Below, piece by piece: positions 54,364 to 62,056 of a stretch of 64,000 nt of DNA. The DNA is from a virus (lineage: Duplodnaviria > Caudoviricetes): positions 7,605-71,604 of the IMG/VR virus record IMGVR_UViG_3300033066_002088; one strand, 5' to 3'. Position 1 is the first letter of the stretch. Each line of letters begins with the position of its first letter. The position numbers were made by a program, and so were the translations under genes. The notes under the pieces are model-generated. The model saw nothing but the letters and a program-made list of their open reading frames with translations, did not search any database and was not told the origin of the DNA.

Positions 54364-54783
54364 GTGTATGACAATCAACAATACGCATTGATTTTGCACG
54401 AGGAAAAGGTGCGCCCTGACGTATACACGTTTGGAATATCTCCCCTCCATCCAAGGGTGGGCATCGCGGCAAACATCGCCTTAGCCGTGACGACCACTGT
54501 GCAACGACTGTCCGGAGTGTACGGTGGAAACATTTCAGGTTCGGCGACAAAGCGAGTAATTGTTGGGCGAGTATTTCTACATCAGGTAACCATGGATCAA
54601 TACCTGGGCGGGCGGGACTCGATCACCGGCCAAGAGGTTTTTGCGATACTCTCACCTGAAGAAGGGATCGTAGTTTCAAACATACATCTCCAGCGGTACG
54701 CAATGAGCTGGCTTATTGCGGCGGGATCTGATAAATCCCCGGTATTGGTACTTGAAAACGTAGAATTCGGAGGAGAACTGTGA
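54364..54783 (+). CDS. Hypothetical protein
   Basis: Operon packing. Confidence 0.55.
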   Translation: MYDNQQYALILHEEKVRPDVYTFGISPLHPRVGIAANIALAVTTTVQRLSGVYGGNISGSATKRVIVGRVFLHQVTMDQYLGGRDSITGQEVFAILSPEEGIVVSNIHLQRYAMSWLIAAGSDKSPVLVLENVEFGGEL

Positions 54784-55517
54784 CACGACTCGCGGTAATT
54801 GGGCTGCTCGGAAATGCGCGTTCAGGTAAAGACACCGCCGGTACCATAATGGCCGAAGCGCGCAAAGGAGTGACACTTGCTTTTGTCTACAAACTGAAGC
54901 AAGTCTGTTCTGAGCTGTTTGACGTTCCATTGAACTACTTCTATGACGAAAGACTCAAGGCCGAAGGTATTCCAGATTTACCGTGCATGACGTGTCCGCG
55001 CTGTGGGTCGCTGCAAGTGAACACGGATCCGATGGATAATAAAAAGAAAGACGTTGCACAATGTCGTCTTTGCTTCGCCATCGGTGAGACGCGCGTATTC
55101 CAAAAGAATTGGACACCGCGAATGATCCTTCAGCACGTAGGAACGGAAGGGTTCCGAGCTGTAGACCCCAAGATCTGGACGCGCCACACGCTCGCAAAAG
55201 CGGCGCAACTACTACAGGGTGATAAGAAGAAGGGCCGCTCAGGCGGAACTATACCTCGTTTCGCAGTGATTACTGACGTGAGGCTTAAAAACGAAGTTGA
55301 TGCCATTCAAGCAGCAGGCGGTGAAGTATGGCGAATCGTACGTCCCGGCTTTGACGGAACGAGCATTGGCGGCGTCTCCAGGCACTCGACGGAAGTCGAG
55401 CAACAAGACATTCCTGACAGCTATGTACAAGCCACCATCGTAAATGACGGTACCATTGACGCATTGAAAGCGAAATTGATGGGGCCGCTTGATCGGTTTT
55501 TACGGAGAGATGAATAG
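54780..55517 (+). CDS. Deoxynucleoside monophosphate kinase with zinc-ribbon insert
   Basis: IGLLGNARSGKDT, TPRMILQHVGTEGFR, ITDVRLKNE, HSTE; CPRC...CRLC insert. Confidence 0.9.
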   Translation: MTRLAVIGLLGNARSGKDTAGTIMAEARKGVTLAFVYKLKQVCSELFDVPLNYFYDERLKAEGIPDLPCMTCPRCGSLQVNTDPMDNKKKDVAQCRLCFAIGETRVFQKNWTPRMILQHVGTEGFRAVDPKIWTRHTLAKAAQLLQGDKKKGRSGGTIPRFAVITDVRLKNEVDAIQAAGGEVWRIVRPGFDGTSIGGVSRHSTEVEQQDIPDSYVQATIVNDGTIDALKAKLMGPLDRFLRRDE

Positions 55518-55541
55518 CCTGGTATAAAGCGTTATCTACCA

Positions 55542-55551
55542 TTGGTATAAG
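55542..55551 (+). promoter_or_regulatory. TTGGTATAAG motif (partial second copy TGGTATAAAG at 55520)
   Basis: Intergenic, directly upstream of the structured leader at 55560. Confidence 0.65.
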
Positions 55552-55559
55552 AAGAAGAT

Positions 55560-55630
55560 ACACCCGACCGTCGTCATGCCTGTCCTCGTGGGGAGGTTGG
55601 CCACTTGACACCGTTGGGTGTTTCTTTTTT
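55560..55630 (+). ncRNA. Small structured RNA or attenuator leader ending in a U tract
   Basis: 9-bp closing stem 55560-55568/55613-55621, inner GTCA/TGAC and CCTC/GAGG stems, followed by TTTCTTTTTT. Confidence 0.5.
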
Positions 55631-55642
55631 GTGGAGGAGCCA

Positions 55643-56962
55643 ATGGCCCAAATCGAGATCGGGTTGTCCCTGGACTATGTCCCAGATTGGGGGATTTGGG
55701 AAGGCGTTCGCGAGTACGTTCAAAACGCTAAGGACGCTGAAGAGTTCGACGATCACCCTATGATGATCGAGTACGTTGAGCGTACGGAAACCCTTCGGAT
55801 AGTTACGGCGGGCGTGGTACTCCCTAGAAAAGTACTGATGATCGGAAAATCCGGAAAAAGGGATGGAAGAAATCAACGGGGTAAGCACGGGGAAGGTTTC
55901 GACACTGGCGCACTTGCCTTGATCCGTGCCGGTTTGCGCGTCACCATCTACAATGGGGACGAAGTATGGACGCCGGCCATCGAACCTTCTGAAAAGTACG
56001 GCGGCGAACCTACGCTTACATTCCAAATCGAAGACCTTCGGCCCGCGGTAGAGGACTTGATGGTTGAGATAACGGGGCTCGACCAGGATGTTTGGTTCGC
56101 CATGCGGAAACGTTTTCTTTTTCTTACGCCGCCCGCCCCTGAAGACGTCCACCGTTTCGCTCACGGCGCCATATTGCTCCATGATGATTACCGCGCCCTG
56201 GTGTTCGCCAAAGGCGTATACGTTGCAAAAGTTCAAGGCCTCGAAATGGGGTATGACCTCTACGACGTCGAGCTTGATCGCGATCGCAGGGTAGTTGATG
56301 CCTGGGATCTTCAGTGGAGGTTAGGCCAATTTTGGACGGCAGCAATCCGTGACAATCCGGAACTCCATGCAGGACCGGCGTATCGGATGTTGCGAAACGA
56401 TGCTCTCGAGATGCGCGGACTCAGGTACCACGCAGACGCTCGGGTCGCGAAAGCTCTTCGCGGAGAATTGGAACGAGAGCACGGGACCAACGCCGTGCCT
56501 GTTCTTGACGAAGCAATGGCACAAGACATAGAAGGGCTCGGCGTGCGCCCCATCGTCGTAGGTCCGACCGTACTCGATATCCTTGAAAAGACAGGAGAGA
56601 CGGCGGCGGTCCTGAAAGAGCGCCTGCGCGCCACGCCAAAAGAGGTCTATCGACTCGAAGACCTCGACGATCGAGAGGTAGAGGCCCTTCACAAATGGGT
56701 TTACGCCCTCGTTACCCCAGACGAAGTTGTTGTAGTTGACTTCCACGCGCAAGAGACCGTGGCGCTCGCCCTGCCGGACGGAAAGATCGCTATTTCGCGT
56801 ATCGCACTGTTCACAGCAGAGCAGGAGCCTGAGCCGGCTAACAAGATCGCCGTAGTACACGCCGTTGCGGTGCAGGAGGCGACCAAGGCGCGGTTAAGAG
56901 CCGACATGATTCTGGCAACCTTACTCGTCGCGACCAATGATGCCGGTATCAAACTTCCGTAA
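55643..56962 (+). CDS. GHKL (HATPase_c-like) ATPase domain protein
   Basis: GGAGGAG SD; VREYVQNAKDA (N box); IGKSGK...GKHGEGF (G boxes). Confidence 0.75.
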   Translation: MAQIEIGLSLDYVPDWGIWEGVREYVQNAKDAEEFDDHPMMIEYVERTETLRIVTAGVVLPRKVLMIGKSGKRDGRNQRGKHGEGFDTGALALIRAGLRVTIYNGDEVWTPAIEPSEKYGGEPTLTFQIEDLRPAVEDLMVEITGLDQDVWFAMRKRFLFLTPPAPEDVHRFAHGAILLHDDYRALVFAKGVYVAKVQGLEMGYDLYDVELDRDRRVVDAWDLQWRLGQFWTAAIRDNPELHAGPAYRMLRNDALEMRGLRYHADARVAKALRGELEREHGTNAVPVLDEAMAQDIEGLGVRPIVVGPTVLDILEKTGETAAVLKERLRATPKEVYRLEDLDDREVEALHKWVYALVTPDEVVVVDFHAQETVALALPDGKIAISRIALFTAEQEPEPANKIAVVHAVAVQEATKARLRADMILATLLVATNDAGIKLP

Positions 56963-57437
56963 ACCATCAAAAAACCAAAGTGTAGAAGCCGATAGCTGCC
57001 GCGTCTGCGCGAGTGAGTGGGACTTATATTTCGTCGGAGGGGCAGGCGCAATTTGCAAAGAGTGTTTGACTTGTCCGCATGGGTACAGATCGTTCTTGCG
57101 CGACAATTACACTTACTGCGCAGACTGCGCTAAACAAGTGTTCACAGAACGGTGGACATTCGGAGAAGAAATATTCGCCCTGGAGGAGTACGTATACTTC
57201 GGGCTTTTCTGCGGGGTCTTCGACGACTTAACAGTCTTCAGCTACGAAGAAGCTGACATCTACGAGATAGTACTATCCCGGGCAATCGGCAAATACGGGA
57301 CAGACCTTACTTGGCAAAGTGAAAAAGATTGGGCCACCGCGCTTCAGCAACTTGGCGCAACTTGCGCGCGAATCGCTGCATCTCCAGGTCTGCCGCTTCA
57401 TCATCTCTTTCCTGAAAAAATTTCACGAGGGCCATAG
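56937..57437 (+). CDS. Cys-rich hypothetical protein
   Basis: CRVC, CKEC, CADC; the 3' end overlaps thyX. Confidence 0.5.
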   Translation: MMPVSNFRKPSKNQSVEADSCRVCASEWDLYFVGGAGAICKECLTCPHGYRSFLRDNYTYCADCAKQVFTERWTFGEEIFALEEYVYFGLFCGVFDDLTVFSYEEADIYEIVLSRAIGKYGTDLTWQSEKDWATALQQLGATCARIAASPGLPLHHLFPEKISRGP

Positions 57438-58164
57438 GGTTAGTTGTCCAAATGAATGATGTAGCGCATGACTGCAGCAGTAGTCCGGACGCTGCTTCGT
57501 AAATGCGCTTCCGGTCTAAGCCCTTAGGCGGCTGACCGTGTGCCGTTTGAAAGCGCCCAATCTCGTTGTAAATAAATGACTTGTAATCTGCGTAATTGAG
57601 TTCAGCTTGAACCGCAAATGACGCCAGTTGTTCAGGCTTGTCCAGCACATAAGGAGGAGCTACGTATGCACCGTAATGGTGGGTGAATCGCGTAGACTCT
57701 TGACTGGGGGAGCCTTCTTCGGTTCGATCTGATCCGACGTAGTTTCTAATCAATTCATGACTTACTCGACGAGAGATGTTCGCAAAGAAAAACGTCATCT
57801 TCGCGTGATACGCCGTAGATCGATGAGGTACTCGACCTTTCCACATTGAGTCGAGATACTCCCGATTAGAGCGTCTTGCGCCCGCGTCGGCAAAGGAATC
57901 GTAGCATTTGCGCCCTGCTAGTTCACAAAGCAGCTCGTTGTCAGTAACTACTCGAAGGCCTAGTGAAGGGTTTTCGGTGGAAATTATCTCAAGCCCGTCA
58001 TGTGGTACGAGGTCGATCGGGGTACTAAACCCGTCGCTGGGAACACAGTTTGGCCTAAACTGTGCAACCCATTCAGCCATCTTCATAACCCCGGAGTGGT
58101 TTAGTTTCATCTCCGCCAAGACTTCAACTACGGGCTCTGCTGTGATAATCGCAACATCGGACAT
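57307..58164 (-). CDS. thyX: Flavin-dependent thymidylate synthase (divergent motif)
   Basis: ELAGRKCYDS, H.S..H, SRRVSHELIR...SQESTRF, FFQER...ADLEMQ..A; AAGGAGG SD. Confidence 0.85.
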   Translation of the reverse strand: MSDVAIITAEPVVEVLAEMKLNHSGVMKMAEWVAQFRPNCVPSDGFSTPIDLVPHDGLEIISTENPSLGLRVVTDNELLCELAGRKCYDSFADAGARRSNREYLDSMWKGRVPHRSTAYHAKMTFFFANISRRVSHELIRNYVGSDRTEEGSPSQESTRFTHHYGAYVAPPYVLDKPEQLASFAVQAELNYADYKSFIYNEIGRFQTAHGQPPKGLDRKRIYEAASGLLLQSCATSFIWTTNPMALVKFFQERDDEAADLEMQRFARKLRQVAEARWPNLFHFAK

Positions 58165-58188
58165 AAGACCCTCCTTGTTTATCCGGCA

Positions 58189-58218
58189 AACCTACACCAA
58201 CACGCTGAAACGAGTCAA
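58189..58218 (-). promoter_or_regulatory. sigma70-type promoter TTGACT-18-TAGGTT for thyX
   Basis: Minus strand TTGACT (58218-58213) and TAGGTT (58194-58189). Confidence 0.65.
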
Positions 58219-58236
58219 GCCAAAAGGAGGCCATAA

Positions 58237-58923
58237 ATGGCGATCGACGAGGAACTTGACGCGGCCTTGCTCAAGTCTGCCATGGACGGCGAAGAGCAAG
58301 ACGTGATCGACATTGTCGCCAAAGCGTCTCGAATCACTCGAGCACAAGCTGCCAGGGCTATACAAGCCGTGACAGTTTTCGAATCGATAGGCGCACGATT
58401 AAAAGAACGCCACGCGACCACCTACGAACGCCACGCGTATGAGACCAGGGAAGAAGACGACGGGCGGGGCTGGGAACGCTGGCAACGTGTAAGGGCAGAC
58501 CCGATAGAAAAGGTTTTCGAAGTATTTTCTGACGTGAGCGATGACCTTAAAAAAGAGATGTCTCAGTACATCGCTTACCGGATGAGAGAAAACCTAGTCA
58601 GATGGGGAATAAGGACCGGAGCTAAGATCATGTTCAATATAAAAGACCAGGTTCCCGAAGCGAACGCCATGCGGATCTGCGAGGCGTGCGACAGGCGCTT
58701 GGCGTGCGTCGCGGAGGACTTGTCTACTCCGGAGAGGTGTCTCGGATACGATAGGTCAGAGGTAATCGGACCGGGAGAGACACATCCACGACAGCACCCG
58801 TATTACCTGTTTAAATCCTGGGACTTCTTGGTACCAGTGCGCATGGTTTCTGGTGTTGTTAGTGTCGACCCAAAGGGCCGGTATGGGTCGTGGACATTCC
58901 CACTGTCCGCCGTCATGTTTTAA
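58237..58923 (+). CDS. Hypothetical protein
   Basis: AAGGAGG SD; CEAC...C. Confidence 0.7.
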   Translation: MAIDEELDAALLKSAMDGEEQDVIDIVAKASRITRAQAARAIQAVTVFESIGARLKERHATTYERHAYETREEDDGRGWERWQRVRADPIEKVFEVFSDVSDDLKKEMSQYIAYRMRENLVRWGIRTGAKIMFNIKDQVPEANAMRICEACDRRLACVAEDLSTPERCLGYDRSEVIGPGETHPRQHPYYLFKSWDFLVPVRMVSGVVSVDPKGRYGSWTFPLSAVMF

Positions 58924-58932
58924 GGAGATCAA

Positions 58933-59424
58933 ATGAGCGAAGTTCCGAACGGAATCCCACAACCGAAAAAGACCTGGTATCCCGCTGATTACGTAAAGGC
59001 GGATACGGAGGCCATCAAAGCGAGCGCAGTCGACTGCGACACGTGCCCGGTATCGATGCTCTGCCAGGCCTCTACTGGCTCTTCCGGCTTCGTCTGCACC
59101 GAGTGCCATTCTACCTCGGTATTCACCGACGACAACGACCGGCAGCACGCCTACGTCATTGACTGCGAGAAGCACACGTTCCCTATCGACGAACAAAAGA
59201 AGATCGTCTGCCAACTGTGCGATGGTCGCACCTTCAAGCACGAGTTCCACTGGGTATTTCCGTGGTCATGGATCCTGCCGACAGTCCATGCAAAGGTTGG
59301 CGTCGAAGAGCGGCAGCGCGTAATGCGTGAGGGCTACGAACGCTGGAAGTCGGAGTTGACGGACGAAGCGCAAAAGAAAATGACGGCCAAGCGACGCACG
59401 GAAGTCAACCCTTTCATCAAGTGA
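58933..59424 (+). CDS. Cys-rich zinc-binding protein
   Basis: AAGGAG SD; CDTC...C, CTEC, CEKH, CQLC. Confidence 0.7.
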   Translation: MSEVPNGIPQPKKTWYPADYVKADTEAIKASAVDCDTCPVSMLCQASTGSSGFVCTECHSTSVFTDDNDRQHAYVIDCEKHTFPIDEQKKIVCQLCDGRTFKHEFHWVFPWSWILPTVHAKVGVEERQRVMREGYERWKSELTDEAQKKMTAKRRTEVNPFIK

Positions 59425-59448
59425 ATAAACCGGAATATTGGTAACCAC

Positions 59449-59458
59449 TTGGTAAAAG
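59449..59458 (+). promoter_or_regulatory. TTGGTAAAAG motif
   Basis: Intergenic, 40 nt upstream of ATG 59499. Confidence 0.65.
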
Positions 59459-59498
59459 GACGTGCTCGCCCACGCCACGGGTTGAGTTCGGGGGCCTC

Positions 59499-60113
59499 AT
59501 GAAACAAAGCAAGAAGGCGCGGCCGATTGCGCCCAAGGATGGGCTGGGAATCAAGGCCGTGCTCGCCGGAGGTTCTGCAAGCATGGGCAGATCCTTGTCC
59601 CAGAAGCTGCGCGACCTCCGTGGTATAGAGGTCACGCAGCATAGGGAGATGGACAAGCCGCGCGTGATGGGGCGACCACTGCCGCCAGGGACGGACCTCG
59701 TAATCGTACTTCTCAACGCCGTGGGAGGGCGGCGGGACGAAGCCGTGATCGAGCGAGCGGAAGCGGCGAAGATCCCGTGGATCGGCGTGCAGAGTAAATG
59801 GGGGAACATCTCCCATACGCTCTGGTACCGATTCGGAATCACTGCCACCAACGCGACGGGCGCTAAAACCGAAGAGCCCGCCGCACCGACGACGCCGGAG
59901 CCGCCGACGGCGCCGATCAATCGGGTGATCACGGCCAAGAAGGAGACCGCGATCCTCCTTCACCTCGCGGCCATCCGTAGGCTCCTGCCGAAGGACGCAG
60001 CCATGACCGCAACAGTGACCGACACCCGTGTGGACTACGAGCTGCTCTCGAGTCCTGGCGTGGTAGAGGTGACGGGCGCGATCATCGAAAATGATTTGAC
60101 CCCCGAGCGCTGA
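59499..60113 (+). CDS. DUF2325-like Rossmann-fold protein with Pro/Thr linker
   Basis: AVLAGG...DLVIVLLNAV...AEAAKIPWI pattern. Confidence 0.6.
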   Translation: MKQSKKARPIAPKDGLGIKAVLAGGSASMGRSLSQKLRDLRGIEVTQHREMDKPRVMGRPLPPGTDLVIVLLNAVGGRRDEAVIERAEAAKIPWIGVQSKWGNISHTLWYRFGITATNATGAKTEEPAAPTTPEPPTAPINRVITAKKETAILLHLAAIRRLLPKDAAMTATVTDTRVDYELLSSPGVVEVTGAIIENDLTPER

Positions 60114-60128
60114 TCGACAGCTCGGGAG

Positions 60129-60303
60129 TCCGCAGAGCACCTACCGACATTCGTGGCCGTCGGGCGCTGCCGTGGTGGCCCCAGGCTTCCCGTCAGACTG
60201 CAATGACAGCCTGGTCACGCAGAGCAGGGTGCGGAGAAGTGGGTGACAGTCGACAAAGGCTCCTTCGGGAGCCCCGCTACAACGCCATGTCACCCCTTCT
60301 TTT
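60129..60303 (+). ncRNA. Structured intergenic RNA candidate
   Basis: TCCGCA/TGCGGA closing stem (60129-60134/60230-60235), CCGAC/GTCGG, CCAGGCT/AGCCTGG, GGGTGACA/TGTCACCC enclosing GGCTCC-UUCG-GGAGCC, then TTCTTTT. Confidence 0.5.
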
Positions 60304-60337
60304 GGTCTTAATACTCTCAATTAACAAAGAGGAGACA

Positions 60338-60667
60338 ATGACGCTCAATGAGTTGATGCAATACGTAGACACCGCATATCCCGGAAAAGTAATCGAACAC
60401 TACTGGGACTTCAAAAAGCAAAAGCCACGGGGTGACGTCAATAGGCAGGAAGACCACGTGGCCAGATTCTTGGTGCAAGAAATCTACGAGACATACGACT
60501 GTAATCTAAGTGATAAAGAGAACATTGCTAAAGTGCTGAGGCTGCTTTCAAAAGCTGAACAGCAGCTACTTAAAGTGCGTCAACTGCTGCACGAAACGAT
60601 GCTCAATTTGCCTAAGGCGCATCGCAAGCCAAAGAAAGTGATTCCGTTCCCAAAAAGCTCCGATTAA
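60338..60667 (+). CDS. Hypothetical protein
   Basis: GAGGAG SD before ATG 60338. Confidence 0.65.
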   Translation: MTLNELMQYVDTAYPGKVIEHYWDFKKQKPRGDVNRQEDHVARFLVQEIYETYDCNLSDKENIAKVLRLLSKAEQQLLKVRQLLHETMLNLPKAHRKPKKVIPFPKSSD

Positions 60668-60679
60668 ACCTAACAACGA

Positions 60680-60689
60680 TTGGTAAAAG
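60680..60689 (+). promoter_or_regulatory. TTGGTAAAAG motif
   Basis: Intergenic, 22 nt upstream of ATG 60712. Confidence 0.65.
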
Positions 60690-60711
60690 AAGTTAACCAC
60701 GGAGGATCAAC

Positions 60712-61653
60712 ATGTCCCTGACCGTCAACATGCCGAAGCTGTCTGACCTGAAAGCCCGTGCCGAAGAGATGCACATGACGCCCCGTCAGTACGCGGTCTT
60801 GAACAGCATGTTCAAGTTCTGCGGACAGGGGGGGAAGGCCATGACCATGCATGATATCCATGCGGACCTCGGTGAGGAGGGGGAGGAGTTCATCACCAAG
60901 GCGCTGGTCAAGCTCCGGCAAGCGGGATTCATCGTCCGCTGCCGGAAGAGCAACGAGGCGTACCGCGGCGAACGCCGGCTGCACGTGCTGTCATGCGACC
61001 CCTCGATCGTCAACCAGCCCGATCTGTACCTCGAAGAGGACATCAGCTACGTGCAAGCCCTCTTCACGAGGGCTGCCTCTTCGGAGAAGGTGAAGGAGAA
61101 GGACAAGACGAAGGCGAAGGCAAAGACGAAGGCGAAGGTGAAGGCGGAGGCTGAGCCGAAGGTGAAGGCGGAGGCTGAGCCGAAGGTGAAGGCGGAGGCT
61201 GCCCCCGAGGAGACCCCGGCGCCGAAGTCGAACGAGGCGCCGAAGGACAAGGCGCCCGATCCCCTCGCAGACTTCCTCGCCACGCTGGAAGACGACCACC
61301 CGTACTTCAAGTTCGTCGAGCGGCTGGGCGCAGTACCTGACTTCATCAATTCGGACATCTCGGGGTCCCGCGATGCCGCGGCAACGTCGGCTGCATCGGT
61401 CGCTCACACCCTGGGCGACATCGTCGCGGAGTACATCGACGATGCCCTCGTCGAGGCCCTTTTGCCGCTCCTCGCCGAGATCACCGAGCGGAGCCCCGGG
61501 CAGGCAGTCCTCAGCGCGCTGGCGCACCACGCCAAGAAGCCGAAGGTCTCGGTGAGCATCATGCCGATGCTGGGTGGGATGCAGGGCGGGGGCGTTCCCC
61601 CGTCGCTGGATGCCATCTTCGCGGAGATGCGCCGGAGGACCAAGACGGGGTAG
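60712..61653 (+). CDS. Winged-HTH (MarR-like) protein with Lys/Ala/Glu/Pro low-complexity linker
   Basis: MTPRQYAVL...MHDIHADL...ITKALVKLRQAGFIVR; GGAGG SD. Confidence 0.7.
   Translation: MSLTVNMPKLSDLKARAEEMHMTPRQYAVLNSMFKFCGQGGKAMTMHDIHADLGEEGEEFITKALVKLRQAGFIVRCRKSNEAYRGERRLHVLSCDPSIVNQPDLYLEEDISYVQALFTRAASSEKVKEKDKTKAKAKTKAKVKAEAEPKVKAEAEPKVKAEAAPEETPAPKSNEAPKDKAPDPLADFLATLEDDHPYFKFVERLGAVPDFINSDISGSRDAAATSAASVAHTLGDIVAEYIDDALVEALLPLLAEITERSPGQAVLSALAHHAKKPKVSVSIMPMLGGMQGGGVPPSLDAIFAEMRRRTKTG
61134..61203 (+). repeat. 24-bp coding tandem repeat, about 3 copies (KVKAEAEP)
   Basis: GAAGGTGAAGGCGGAGGCTGAGCC at 61134 and 61158, near-copy at 61182. Confidence 0.95.
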
Positions 61654-61735
61654 TTCGTCGAGAAGCGTTCCAACGTGTGAGAGATGCGGGCAATGGTGCC
61701 CGCATCTTTTTTAAGCGCTAAACCAAGGAGTAATC

Positions 61736-62056
61736 GTGCCACATATAAGTGAACTGTATCAGAACCAAAGAGCGGCGGCCGAAGCACGTTACGGAAAACA
61801 AAACATATACGGCATGCGGTTCCATTACCTGTACGGATGGCTCCCGGTAATGAGCAATCTACCTGATTTCGGGCCAGGAACCCCACCGTGGGAATCACTT
61901 AGCGACGTCACGGATCGCCTCTCTCTCGAACCATCGCTGCTAGGTCAGCTGCTAGACGAGAGGCGTGTTGCTTTGTGTATATCTGTGAAAACCGAAGAGT
62001 TCTTTATCAGATTTACGGGAGGAGCGTTAGATGACGCTAGTCATTCAAGCATATGA
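61736..62056 (+). CDS. Hypothetical protein
   Basis: AAGGAG SD before the GTG. Confidence 0.6.
   Translation: MPHISELYQNQRAAAEARYGKQNIYGMRFHYLYGWLPVMSNLPDFGPGTPPWESLSDVTDRLSLEPSLLGQLLDERRVALCISVKTEEFFIRFTGGALDDASHSSI

Noticed and set aside
55605-55633. TTGACA at 55605 as a -35 for the GHKL gene
   Set aside because: No -10-like hexamer 16-19 nt downstream; the hexamer is part of the hairpin.
59095-59112. CxxCH heme-c motif (CTECH) in 58933-59424
   Set aside because: Single occurrence, no export signal, and other CxxC pairs point to zinc binding.
60181-60235. SRP RNA, c-di-GMP-I riboswitch or twister ribozyme
   Set aside because: Only fragments match. The SRP CAGG/AGCA loop, the c-di-GMP GAAA/receptor core and the twister AAGCCC pseudoknot are missing.
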